From: Chiloscyllium plagiosum
Taxonomy: Eukaryota
Assembly (NCBI RefSeq): GCF_004010195.1
Contig: NC_057752.1
Span: 8,279,889-8,343,888 of the forward strand
DNA: 64,000 nt
Direction: 5' to 3'
Position numbers and translations under genes: made by a program. The notes below the pieces were generated by a model. The model was not told the DNA's origin, did no database searches, and saw only the letters and a program-made list of their open reading frames with translations. This document shows positions 1 to 12,331 of this stretch, in pieces; the stretch's first letter is position 1; every line of letters begins with the position of its first letter.

Positions 1-2231
1 ATCAATCTTCTTGACATCACATTACTACTACCTTTTGTGAATCAAATACCCACTAAACAACTGTCTATTGAGCTGTGAATTATCATTGAATTTTTGTGTC
101 TATCAAATTGAGGGATATCCGTGCTGGATAGATAATGCAACTATTCCACTTTTGGAATTGGTGTTAGCTTCAAACAGTTGGGTAAAACCAAAACTGCCTC
201 TACTTTACCGTAATTGTATGTTTTTGTCTTCAAGCTCAAAAAAGCTTGTATCACACCAGTTGTAAGGTTTTCATTTTCCATGAACTACTTTTCCATGACC
301 TCTGAGTGAGAGTGGAAATTTGTGACAAACTAGGTATAATTCAGATTTGTGGAACCATGTTCATATGGAAATAGTTTGAAACCACCCAAACTGGTTTCAG
401 ATATGGTTCTGTAGGTAGCTAGTCATGATTTTAAAAAAGGAAGCTTTGTGAGGTGTGTAAGGTGGGAGGGGGAATATAATAAATAAAAAGGTAATGCTTT
501 AACCTACCTCCCATCACGAAGAGAGTTGAATTATGATCTTCCACAACTGTAAGAAAAATCTATGCCTGTGAACTTAACACTGGAATAATGTATTACATAA
601 TCTAGGGTTTTCTTCAGCTTATTGGAGACTTAGATCATCTGAGAATTCAATCACAATCATAGTGAAATTTGACCAAAAAGTTTATTTTTAAAAATAACTG
701 CCCTCTCTGCAATCCTAGTAATTTCCTATTTTCCATTTACACCACAAAACAGTCTTGAAGAAAGGATGCATAGTTTTCTAGTTGTGCTAAAGGTTAACAT
801 TTTTCTGCAACTGATATCAAACATCAATCGTGACTCTAATTATTCTTCACTCCACTCTGTTCTGTTGTACATTCTACAACATTTAACTTTGTGAGAGTAG
901 GAAATGAAACAAAACACTTTTTTGAAAATGAAAGCTGGTCAAATGTTGACTATGCACACTTTCAGTATATTAACAGTCACATTTATATATGTTATTAGCT
1001 TATTGTGCATGTATCACACAAATGTTTTGCCATTGTCACAGGAGACTCAACCCAGTTGTAAATGTTTTGCTTTCTTGGCTGATGATCTGAGATACCAGAC
1101 AACCCCTACAAAATGCTTTATTCTAATAAATTATTTGCTACAGTAAGCAGTTCATAGCAGGAATCCATGGCATGTTGAATTGAAAATCTCAAGTGATCAA
1201 AATATACATAAAAAATCTGTCAAGTACAGTGCGCTACCACTAAGTCCAGTCCCTAATATGCAAGCAAGTACATAGAAAATGATGATCGATCAGTTAATCT
1301 TTTTGGGTGGAGTTAGTTGAGGGAGAATGCTGAATAAATGTGGAGAATCACTGCTCTTTGAGTAATGCTATGGAATTTTATTGTCCGCTTAACACCAGAA
1401 TAAGTACATGGACCATGTGTTTTGAAGAATTATCCTCTCTTTGTAGTCATTAAATCTAAGGGTATTATAAATTTATTGCCAAACTAAGTGTTTGATCTTG
1501 AGGGATGGGGGAGAGGGGAGGATGGATTTCAATTAATGATCTTGTGGGAAGTGTCGATGTCCTAGTGATCGATCATGCATTGCATCCTATACAGCCTAAT
1601 GGTAAACTATGCAATTGAGCCCTGGCAAGCTGCCAATTGATTTTGCATCCAGTAATTGGTGAACCAGTAATCCTTCCCAGGCTAGTGCCAGTTCTGGCTA
1701 GTTGTCTTGGTCATTGGCATACCAGTGGTTAATTAGTGTTCAGCTTTTAGCGCAGACTTAGAGACCGCCATTGGTCTTCTCTCTGAAACAGGCAGGTAGC
1801 TGAAGGGGAGTGAATATTCATCTGAACCTTGGGAGTGGAGATGTTGCAGAATTACAGCACATTTTCCTGGTACTCGAGAATGACTTGTAATGATTGTGGC
1901 CAATTTACATTTTAATCACCAAATATTCAAAGCTTCGACTTACCAAAATCGAAACCTAAAAGCATCTTGAATATTTATTCCGATGGAATTCCATCGGAAT
2001 TTATACTGAAAAATTTATACTCAAACTGAAAATGTTGAAACTAAAAGATAATACTTGATGTGATTGAGCTACTTCTGTTAAAAGATACTTGTCATATCCT
2101 TAAATCTTTCAGCTACATGTCAAAATTTTTCCTATATTGCCAGCTATTCTGAACTCCATTGAGTTAGTACATCGGCAAATGCAGGAACAACTTAATTCGC
2201 ATCAAAAGCTTACACAATTACTAGTAATTTT

Positions 2232-3170
2232 TTGGCGCACAGCAAGATTCCACAAACAGCAATAAGAGTGATTCCGAGCCGGTCTAGCTTAGTCTTTTTT
2301 AGCGTACAGTCAAATCCTACCACCACAATTCCGATCAATAATTACTTAATAGGTGTTGCTGATGATTTGTACAGTCCAAGAACACCAAATCAAAAATTGG
2401 ATCAATCAAGAGTTAGCTTGCTTTGTTGTTTTGTGCACAGGAGGATTCCGTAAAAGGTGAGATCCATAATCATCTGATCTCTTTTGGTGCAGTTTTACCC
2501 ACAGCAAGTTTGCAGGAACTGCCATGCGATCACTGCCCAACTAGCCTGCTTTCGTGGCTTGTTGCGTACAGTAAGGTCCGACAAGCAGAAATGCGATCAC
2601 GGACTGACTTTGCGTGGCATTTTGCGCACAGCAAGATCCCACGGAGCAAAGGTTAGGTCAGTGACTATTGAATTCGCTTTGGTATTTTCCATAGAACTGG
2701 ATGTCATTAAAAAAAGTCCCATTAATGACCACTCTGGTCAGTTTTCGTGAATGTTTGCGCACAGCAAGATCCCATCAAAGAGCGACTTGTTAACTAATCG
2801 GCACTCCCCTACCCAGCAGCATAAACCATCCCGCGGGGTTGTCCTGATCAGTACAAAACCAAAAGCATCGGCAATGCATTTAGTCTGTTTTAGTGACGTT
2901 TGCGCACAGCAAGATCCCACCAATGACCACTCATAGTCTGTTTCAGTGATATGTAAGCACAGCACCATCCCAGGAATAATAATTTCACTCTCGTCTGCTT
3001 TAGTGATGTTTGCGCACAAGATCCCATGAACAACAGTCCCACGAATGATCACTCTAATCTGTTTTAGTGACCCTTTGCGCGCAGCAAGATCCCAATAACA
3101 ACAATCTGATCAGTAGCCAGCTAATCTGTTTCGGTGTTTTGCGCACATTCAAATCGCACGAACAGCAAGC
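2232..3170. repeat. Degenerate ~65-bp minisatellite, about 15 units, in aqp0 intron 1
   Basis: Core TTTGCGCACAGCAAGATCCC or variants recur near 2235, 2302, 2367, 2432, 2497, 2562, 2621, 2754, 2899, 2955, 3009, 3074 and 3138. Confidence 0.8.
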
Positions 3171-6169
3171 AATGAATCAGAGGCCACTTAATTTGTTTTG
3201 TTGCTAATTTGCATACAAGCTTCCAAAAGCACTACTGAGATTAGTGACCTATCCTTGCTCTTTGTGGTTTTGGTACTATTGGTTGAGAATGGAATCTTGC
3301 CCAGGTCACCAGCAGAGTTCTACTCTTCAAATATCGAATTGGGATTTGTTCGTTTATACATCACACGAGCTGTCATTGCCACTGAGACATACATTAACAT
3401 TTGCGAGTGAGTTGTCGCTTTGTTTTATCATTTGCGTCCATAATGTGAATGCACTGACTTTAATTGCAGCCGCTGTCCATGCTCACCTTGATGAGCTATT
3501 ACTCCGATTGCAGCCTTTAGTCTAAATGCTAAATGGGGCTGCTGCCAACAGTAAATGGCTTTCCTGGAGAAAGCAATAGTTGTGCATTTGCTCTATAGCA
3601 CTGCAAATGTGTGGGTTTTACTGTATTTGAAACCGCCTGACTTCCTCCCGCCGAGTTATTCTGACCGCGATATCAGCATCTGGACAGCCCACCGGACCAC
3701 TTAATCCGTTTTGCAAATCTTGGAAAAATATCCAATATCCTTTTTAGACTTGATACCAGTTTGGGAGATCGAAACCATTCACCTGATATGATATTTGGAT
3801 TGTTCAAACCTCCTGCCATGAAAGTTCACCCTCCACCCCCAACTCGTTCCCAGCAAGATTTAATATATCAGTTAAAGCGATAGGAAGGGGGTCGGTTTTC
3901 TTCACATGCCCCGCCAGACGCATGTATCTGTTCACCAAGACCAAACGTTAAAGCTGCTACTGTAACATGTAAGTCCCAAAGCCTCATACTAGAATCACTT
4001 CTGCGAATAATGCAAACGCCAAGAATATATGGGGAGCTTTTAAGTCAATCAGCTTGTCACTCCAGAACTAGTAGTAATTCAAGCTGAGTGAAGCCTGCTA
4101 TTGCGTAGTTTTAAAAAACTTTATTTCCCAGCAATTTACAAGAATAAAAATTGTATGCGACAACCAAAGCACCCTGTTCTGTCCTACTTGCTAATATCTC
4201 AAATCAGCTGGAGGGTTTCATTAACCTTTGGGCAGATTTCTAAGACCCTGAAAATGTCCAGACTGGTCCATTTAACGCACAGGGCCTTTATTGGAAATAA
4301 AATTCCTAGGTAACTGCGCCTGAGAAAAGTAACCCTGCAAGTACAGCTACAAGTGAACACATTCAATCATGTTATCTCAAGTATTGAAACAGAAATTAAG
4401 GCTTCTTAAAACGCATGACATTTCAGGAAACATCTATCAAATTGATGGGGCATTCTCAGGCTGTCATTTTGGATGCATTTGGATACTTATCTCAGAAACA
4501 CTCAAATCAGCAAACATCTCAAAACACGCCAGATATTTAACATAGCAATGATCACGAAATACTACTGTTCCTAATTTCAGTAATCGATTTTAAAAAGAAA
4601 ATGCGCACCTGGTCTACGTTTGAGGGTTAACCGCTAAAATACAGAAACATGATTTTTTTTTCCTTTGCCACATTCGCCCCTAAAGAAAGCCTGGAGTTGG
4701 ACAGCATTTTATGCATCGTCGACCTCTCTTAGAGAAGTCCATAGAAATATGCAGGAACAGGAATGGTCTCACCCAGATTTTTAATGTAATTTTCTAAATA
4801 TATGGCTCATTTTGTTTTGATAAATACTAAAAGTGACAGATTTAAATGCGAGTATGAATGGAAACGAAGTCTACCAAGACTTTGAACCTTCCTACAACTC
4901 AAGCTTCGGTTAAAGTTCTGTCTGTTTTCACCTTGTTGATTATATTGCCGAACTTCCTGTATTTTCATCGCTCAATAAACTTCACTGGATTAAACAGGAT
5001 CGATCAGTCAAGGAGATCCACACAGAGAAAACCTGACTACCGTTCCATTTTTTTTGTTTTAATTTATCTTACATTATTGCTAGGTTAGAACCAGAAATAA
5101 ATTATCTGTACTTTTCAAAACTTCGGTTGATTTGTCAAGATATCACATTCTTGGCTAAGAATTGCCGTGTTTACGAATTTTCAGAAAATGGCGAACTTCT
5201 TAAAATGTTGAATGATTTATTTGCATTTCGAGAGGAAAATCTCTTAATTTTGTTACGCTTAATTCCCAGCGGTAGGTAGATTCCCAAACTTTCCTTCCTA
5301 AAGTTCAGGCTGACTCACAATTAAGACGTTTCTTGAATACGTTCTGGAGAGCAGCATTCCCGCTTCATTCAACACCTTCAAAAGTGTATACAGCAAAATG
5401 CAGCCATACTGATTGATTATGTGCACTCACCGCTTTGACTCACAACAGACGAAACAAATACCTATTCAAAGTTGGAATGATGCCGTTTTAAATGACCAGA
5501 GATTTGTAAAGCTAGCGGAGCAACTTCCATCCCGGCACTTCAGATTAATGTTCTTTTTGAAAGATTTCAAGCACCAATTTACCGGGTTTGGTCGCATATT
5601 TCGCTGTCATTACACGTACTGCATTAATTTCCACATCACTTTTTTAAAAAAAATTATGCCGGCTGGAATATTGCAATATGATGCTTTATTTCCCTTTTCA
5701 AATCAAATAAAATTTAAACATCCTCGCATTAATTAGTTCAACGGAAACGTTTTAACATAGATCCAGATGTATTTTATTTCAAATATTAAATTATCAATTC
5801 GATAAAGTTTAGATTTTACAGCGGTTCAATTTGATGATATAGATTCTCGATTAATGTGTCTCGTATCTTTATACTTTGAAAATTGCGTTAGTTAATATTA
5901 CCCCAATTCATTCTCAAAGATGTTTCATACTCAAGCCCGTTGTTTCAATAAATGAAACTTTTAGAAGTACTACTTATGGTCTCTACACGCTTACACCGTT
6001 ATATTTTTTTGAAACGCCTTTCGAAACTCTGTTCATACTTTGACTTTCCAAGACATTAACTATTTTTCTATTTAATACTCGCTTTCAAAATAAGGATTTT
6101 TTTTTCCCCTCCAGATTCATATTTTAAGCTTTTTTCTCCTCTTAAGTGTACGTTTACCAACATATTTAC

Positions 6170-6532
6170 CGTGTTGAGCCCCAGGTTGCCCCGGACCGAG
6201 GGAGGGGTGACCCCATACAGCACAGCTGCCCCCGCCACTGCCCCCAGGAGCTGAGCGATCATGTACATTACACAGCGGAATATGCTCAGCTGCGCCCCCA
6301 GCAGGTAGGCGAAGGTAACGGCCGGGTTGAGGTGTGCCCCGCTGACATGTCCAACCGCCTGTACCAGGGCAGCCAGGACAAAGCCAAAACCCAGAGAAAC
6401 CAGCAGCACGTTCATGGGGCCCGGAGACCATCGCATGGTAAAGCCCAGTCCAAAAAATACGAAGAGCATGGTGGCAAAAAACTCTGCAAAGACTGCCCTC
6501 CAAAAGGAGATAGACTTCAGCTCCCACATCAT
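6170..6532 (-). CDS. mip: Aquaporin-0 / lens major intrinsic protein, coding exon 1 (remaining exons not found in window)
   Basis: Translates (M)[29 protein letters not shown]...[14 protein letters not shown]...[14 protein letters not shown], colinear with mammalian AQP0 residues 1-120 including the first NPA. ATGs at 6532 and 6529; 360 nt from 6529; phase-0 donor ACG|GTAAAT at 6170/6169. Confidence 0.93.
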
Positions 6533-6643
6533 TCCCGATCTTCCAAAAAGCAAACTATTAAAAGAAAACAGAAAATAAAAAAAAAGTGAAGTTATCTCCT
6601 CACTCCTCAAACATTCCCCCCAAATTTAATTGCACAGAATGAC

Positions 6644-6651
6644 TATTTATA
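6644..6651 (-). promoter_or_regulatory. Candidate TATA box of aqp0
   Basis: TATAAATA on the minus strand about 115 nt upstream of the aqp0 ATG. Confidence 0.55.
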
Positions 6652-6955
6652 GGGGACTCTGAATCTGACAACATTATCTGTGGGAGGGACCTGTCCTGTT
6701 TGTCATTACATTTAACTGTTTCATCCCAGCGCACTAGGCATATTCCAGTGATTTATATTTCCCCCATCCTATTTCTGCAATCGACTATATACTTGGTAAC
6801 GATTCTCAAAAATAAAAGAGCAATTAGGAAGGCAACGAGGGTCCATTAAATTAAATTAAATTGTGAAAGTAAAAACTTAATATCTTACAAACCCCTGAAT
6901 AGCAAAAGGACATCAACGAAAGGTAAGGTCACAAAGGGATGTACAAGATGAACGC

Positions 6956-7239
6956 AGATTAGATTCCCTACAGTGTGGAAACAGGCCCTTCGGCCCAACA
7001 AGTCCATACCGACCCTCCGAAGAGTAACCCACTCAGACCCATTTCCCTCTGATTAATGCACCTAACACTACGGGCTATTTAGCATGGCCAATTCACCTGA
7101 GCTACACAACTTTGGACTGTGGGAGGAAACCCACGCAGACACGGGGAGAATGTGCAAACTCCATACTGAAAGTCACCCGAGGCTGGAATCGAACCTGGGA
7201 CCCTGGTGCTGTGAGGCAGCAGTGCTAACCACGGAGCCA
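6956..7239 (-). mobile_element. HE1-type tRNA-derived V-SINE
   Basis: Reverse complement shows the tRNA-like head TGGCTCCGTGGTTAGCACTGCTGCCTCACAGCACCAGGGTCCCAGGTTCGATTCC, the V-domain and an AATCT tail. Confidence 0.85.
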
Positions 7240-7299
7240 GTGAAATGGCAACAATGAAGACATTTAAAGTAGAAAAAAGTGAAATAATTGACAAACTTG

Positions 7300-8520
7300 A
7301 ATAAAGAGGATAAAATCCCTGTATGGATCAATGCACACTAAAAAAAAAGCTAGGAAAGAGATTACAATATACATTTAATAGGATCGTGCCAGAGGACTGG
7401 TGGGCAGCTAATGTTACTTCAACATTCAAAAGAAAAGATAGAACAAATCTTTGGAGCTACACACTAGTTAACCTAATGCTGATGGTAGGAAATGTAAAGG
7501 CACCTTTCCTCAAAGTTGCAATTGAAAACATTATGAACATGAAAGTATGTTGAAAATTTGCATGGATTGCAATAAGCGTTATGCTTGACCAACCCTGTTG
7601 AATTATTTGAGAAATTAACAAAGAGTAGACAAGGGTAATCCAATTGATGTAATCTATATTGTCTTGCAAAATGCCTTCAATAAGGTACAGCTGAGTAAGG
7701 TCAGACCATATGGATTTAGAGGACAAGTAGCAGAATGGATAGCAAACTGGCCACAAAGCTAAAAACAAAATATAAAGTTACTCAGATTCGAAAAGATGGG
7801 AAATGATAACATACAGGTAATGGTGCTGGTGCCGCTGTTGTTCACCATTGATATCAAGATTTGGTCTTGAGAATCAGCAGTACCATATCAAAACTTGCAA
7901 ATAACCCCAAATTAGGCAATATAGTTAATGTTGAGGAAGATTGCAAGAAAACACAAAAAAAAGTTGACAAACCTGCAGAATAAGTGTCTAAATGGAAAGT
8001 TAATTTCAATATAGATAAGTGCAAGGGGATACAAATTTATAGGATGAATAAGAAAGCCAAATATTCCATGGAATGTAAGACTTTAAATGGGACGAACCTC
8101 AAAAGGATCAGGGAATCACATTATAAGTAGCAGCACAGGTCAACAAAACCATAAGGTTCGGGTGTAATTGAGTACTGGATTACTAGAATTCAAAGGCAGA
8201 GAAATTATATTAAAACCTTAATGTGACCACTTAGAAAAGTATGCACAGTTCTAGTCTCCATTTTACAAAAGTGGAATAAATGAAGAAGTTGCAACTTTTT
8301 TTTTGAAGCGGGCACGGGAATTCAGAGGTTATAGTTATCAGGAAGGATTGAATAGGTTGGGCCTGTTTCCTCTTAAATAAGCAGACTGAGGGATGACCTG
8401 GAAAGAGGTCTTTAAAGGTATGGAGTTTAACCAGGAAGGCATAGCGATCGTCTTTCCAATTCTGAGGATCCATCTCCATGAATATTCAATAGTCACATAA
8501 ATCCAATCAGCATTGTGGAG
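7300..8520 (+). mobile_element. Old CR1 LINE fragment
   Basis: Degenerate RT motifs (VPEDWWAANVTSTFK) with many stops. Confidence 0.7.
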
Positions 8521-8574
8521 ACATTAATTGGGTGAAGTTTAATCTCCATATATACTCACCTCTGAATTTATGTC

Positions 8575-9063
8575 AGACATGGTTCAGTTGGCGCATTCTC
8601 ATTACTGAATCATAAAATTCTTTGTTTTGAAGTTCTACTCCAGAATGTGGACAAACAGCAAGACTGACATTTCAGTGAGAGAGTGCTACACTGTTGGAGG
8701 TGGGGTTTGTTTTTGGATGAGATGTTATAACAGGGCCCAGCTTTATGCCCTCAGATGGGCATAGGAGATCCCAGCTCCAAAGATGTGTAATAGCATTAGA
8801 AAATATCTGAATTATCCCATGGCCATTGCTTTGAAGGGAAATTGAAGGATTCTCCTCAGTGTCCAGGCCAAGATTTATCCTTCAGTCAATATCACAAACA
8901 CATGATCTGGTCATTATCGCACTGCTGTTTAAGGAGATTTGCGGTGGGCAAGTTGATCATATTTCTTATAAGAATGATTACAACTTCATTAATACTATTG
9001 ACTGTAAAGTGCTTTGAAATGTCCACGGGTCATGAAAGGTGTAAGACAAATACAAGGCTTTCT
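8575..9063 (+). mobile_element. SacSINE1/AmnSINE1-like DeuSINE
   Basis: Contains GATGAGATGTT...GATCCCA(TGG)...GTGTCCAGGCCAA.ATTTATCC...ATCTGGTCATTATC...CTGTAAAGTGCTTTG...GAAAGG, matching the Deu domain and tail as I recall them. Confidence 0.7.
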
Positions 9064-9823
9064 GGACTTTTTTGAATAATCACTACGTGTGCCACTGTGA
9101 ATTTTGAAGCAATCTCGACACATGTTTCAGTCTGAACACTTAAATAATGCTCAGCACCTGGTGAGATGTGAACAAGTGGACAGACAAGGACACAATTTCT
9201 GTTCAAGTTCCTCCTAAATATGTTATAATTTGGACCAGTAATTTGCTTGCGGCTGTTGATCGATCAAAAACGGTAAATAACCCAAACTGCGTCCTAATGA
9301 TCGATGCTATTTAAGGAGATATGGACGTCTGACTGCCTGCAGGGTTAATACCGAGACATGCTGTGGGGGGCGGGGATTTGGTTTCATAAACGGTTAGATA
9401 ACAATTGGAAATTTTCCTGCTTAATACTGTCATTGTCCGTGCAGATTTGATAGGATTTGATACGTTAGCCCAGAAAAAACTCATTTCATTTCTGGAGTTT
9501 CACTACACACGCTTCGAAACCCTGCATTCGAGAGAATGTAACCGAACATTGTGTGATTGGATTATTGTCGATGTGAAGTCATGTAAACCTAATGGCCCAT
9601 GTTTGCGTTGCATATGGGAGATACCAGAGTGACTGAACAGAATCCTTGAGAGGATTGGGTCTTTTAGAAGTAGGCAAATACATTACTGGTATGCACGTTA
9701 CATTAAAAGGAAACTCGCTCTCTCTTCGGGTGTTGTCCCTCAGTCCTTTAAATCTGCCCTCATCGCCGTTGTTCTCAAATAAAACCGTTGTCTCATTGAA
9801 ACAATCATGTATATTATGTTGAA

Positions 9824-10412
9824 GAGATCTGAAATAACAGTGCACATTAATAGCAGAAAGATCTGAAAACGTAGTGAACATTACAATAAGGAGATTTGAA
9901 ATGACATTGCACAATGTATTAAGGAGTTATGAAATGATAGTGCACATTATATTCAGGGAGATCTGAAATAACGATGCGTCTCTTATTCAGGAGATCTAAA
10001 GTAGCAGTGCACAACATACTATGGAGATCGAAAATAACTGCACGTCATATTATTGAAATCAGAAAGAACAGTGCACACCATGTTCGGGGAGATCTGAAAT
10101 ATCATTAGGAGATCTAACATTAGAGTGCACATCATATTCAGGGAGGTTTGAAATAACAGTGCATGTTACATTAAGGAGATATGAATTAATAGTGCACATT
10201 ATATTCAATAAGATTTGAAATAACTGCGCCTTATAATAAGGAGATCTGAAATAATAGTGCACATTATATTCAGCGAGATCTGATATTACATTGAATATGT
10301 TGTTCAGCAGAAATCTGAAATAACAGTTCACGTTACATTCAGCATGTCCTCAAACAATAGTATATGTTACATTCAGAGTATCTTGAAATAATATTGCACA
10401 TTAAATTCAAGA
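9824..10412. repeat. Degenerate ~33-bp minisatellite, about 18 units
   Basis: Unit approximately GAGATCTGAAATAACAGTGCACATTATATTCAG, recurring at 9824, 9858, 9891, 9924, 9958, 9991, 10024 and onward. Confidence 0.88.
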
Positions 10413-10512
10413 GCATTTAGCAATGAGTAAAAAAAAATCTAATCTAGCCAGTGATGCCCACATCCTGCAAAAGAATAAAAGGAAAGTTGCTGTAGGCACC
10501 TATTCTATCTAG

Positions 10513-10709
10513 GCAAAAGTGAGGACGGCAGATGCTGGAAATCAGAGTCTAGATGAGAGTGATGCTGGAAAAGCACAACAGGTTAGGCAGCATCTGAGGA
10601 GTAGGAAAATCCCGAAACGTCCTATGAAGGGCTTTTGGCCGAAACGTCGATTTTCCTGCTCCTCGGATGCTGCCTGACCTGCTGTGCTTTTCCAGCACCA
10701 CTCTCATCT
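10513..10709. mobile_element. Palindromic Penelope-derived insert (family A) with degenerate hammerhead core
   Basis: Inverted arms GCTGGAAAAGCAC...GCATC and GATGC...GTGCTTTTCCAGC; 19-bp target duplication AGGCACC(T/C)ATTCTATCTAG at 10494-10512 and 10710-10728. Confidence 0.75.
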
Positions 10710-11884
10710 AGGCACCCATTCTATCTAGCTGTCACCTGAAATAATTGTACATTGCATTCATTGCAGCCTTGCAGTAGCTTCATCTAGGAAGGTCTTGTTG
10801 TAAAGGTGCATAGTTCTCTGTGTCATAATTCTAAAATGGTTAATAGAATATTTGTATTTTTTATTCATTTGCTTAAAAAGCCAGCTATTTTCCCGTCCTA
10901 AAACTCAAGAAAATACTCTCCTACTGATACTATGTTGCACAGTGATACAACAAATTACAGCTGTCATAATTGTGGAATAAGCATTGATATCCAGAACGAA
11001 TATACTACTAACCCTGAGTAGATAAGCTGAGCAGCAGGGAACATTTAAAAATGTGCAGAAGTCCTTACCCACTGAGTCCATCTGCCTGCATTCATCGCTT
11101 TAGTATTTTGCAGGATGGATTCTGTCATGAAGCAGTTATTCGTATTTATTCCACTGACCTATATATGGTTTTGGTCTGCATATGTTCCAATTTCAAGACA
11201 AGAATTTTCTCTGCAGTCTGCTAAGTAGGATTGGAGTATTTCATCACTCTCTCAATGTGTGCTTTGTTGAATGCTGAAGTTCCTGACTTTGACAAGTATT
11301 GTTGACATTTTAAAATGATTTTTTTCCTCCCATTTTGCTTTTCTAGTCATTTCCATCTTGTTACACTGTAGCAGTGCATGCTAATAGCATAAAAAAGCAC
11401 AAAACAAGAAAATGGCATTTCAACCTTTAAACACATTTTTTCTATCGATCATGCACAATTTGAACTTTTATGGAGTCTGTCCAACTTGTTAATCTCTTGA
11501 ATGAAGTTTGTGTAGTTTTTACTTGTCATCCAAAAGTAAGTCAGCAAAATTTCAATATCTATGTAAGCATACAACCACCATTATTCACCCTTGATAAGAT
11601 TTTCTTCTGAGGAATTCTATGATCATAGCTCATAACTACCATGCTGCAAAGGATACTTCATAGAAACATAGAAAATAGGAGCATTTGTAGACCATTTGGC
11701 CCTTCAAACCTGCTCTGCCATTCAATATAATCATAACCATTCCTGTTCCCACTTTCTCCCCATACTCTTTGACCTGTTTAACCCCAAGAACTATATCTAT
11801 GTCCTTCTTGAAAACATTCAATGTTTTGGCCTCTATGGCTTTCTGTGGTATTGAATTCCGCAGGCTCCCCTCTCTCTGGGTGAA

Positions 11885-12331
11885 CATGATGAGGAGATGC
11901 CAGTGTTGGACTGGGGTGGACAAAATAAAAAATCACACAACACCAGGTTATAGTCCAACAGGTTCATTTGGAAGTACTAGCTTTCGGAGTTGCTGTAAAA
12001 GGAAAGTTGCTGTAGGCACCTTCGTCAGGTACCTCGTGGGGCAGGATCATAAGACAGGGCGGAAGTGAGTACTGCAGATGTTGGAGATTAGAATAGAGAG
12101 TGTGGTTCTGGAAAAAGGTTGACTGAAGGGCTTTTGCCCGAAACATCAATTTTCCTGCTCCTCAGATGCTGCCTGACCGGCTGTGCTTTTCCAGCATCAC
12201 ACTGTCGACAAGGATCATAAGACAGTTGATCCTGTCCCACTAGTTACCTGATGAAGGAACAGCACTCCGAAAGCTAGTACTTCCAAATAAACCTGTTGGA
12301 CTATAAGCTGGTGTTGTGTGATTTTTAACTT
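11885..12331. mobile_element. Palindromic Penelope-derived insert (family B) containing a nested family A insert (12058-12210)
   Basis: Arms AAAAATCACACAACACCAG...GAAGTACTAGCTTTCGGAG and their reverse complement. Outer duplication TCTCTGGGTGAA; inner duplication AGGATCATAAGACAG at 12043-12057 and 12211-12225. Confidence 0.78.
12245..12279 (+). ncRNA. Minimal hammerhead ribozyme motif (family B)
   Basis: TAC-CTGATGA-AGGAACAGCACTCC-GAAAGCTA-GTA: both core boxes, partial stem II, palindromic AGCU in place of stem III, and stem I TAC/GTA. Confidence 0.6.

Noticed and set aside
2232..3170. CRISPR-like appearance (conserved core with variable linkers)
   Set aside because: Vertebrate intron, degenerate cores, linkers similar to each other and no cas genes; it is a minisatellite.
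1..6169. aqp0 exons 2-4, or aqp0 as a truncated pseudogene
   Set aside because: No matching exon was found by eye. Exon 1 is intact with a good donor, so a long intron running off the window is the simpler reading.
6068..6610. 180-aa ORF as a full protein, and overlapping ORFs 6117-6527, 6146-6589 and 6327-6578
   Set aside because: Homology runs only from 6532/6529 to the donor at 6170; the other ORFs are shadows of a GC-rich exon.
9824..10412. CRISPR array or repetitive protein ORF (10059-10331)
   Set aside because: Contiguous units without unique spacers; the ORF is a by-product of the 33-bp period and other units contain stops.
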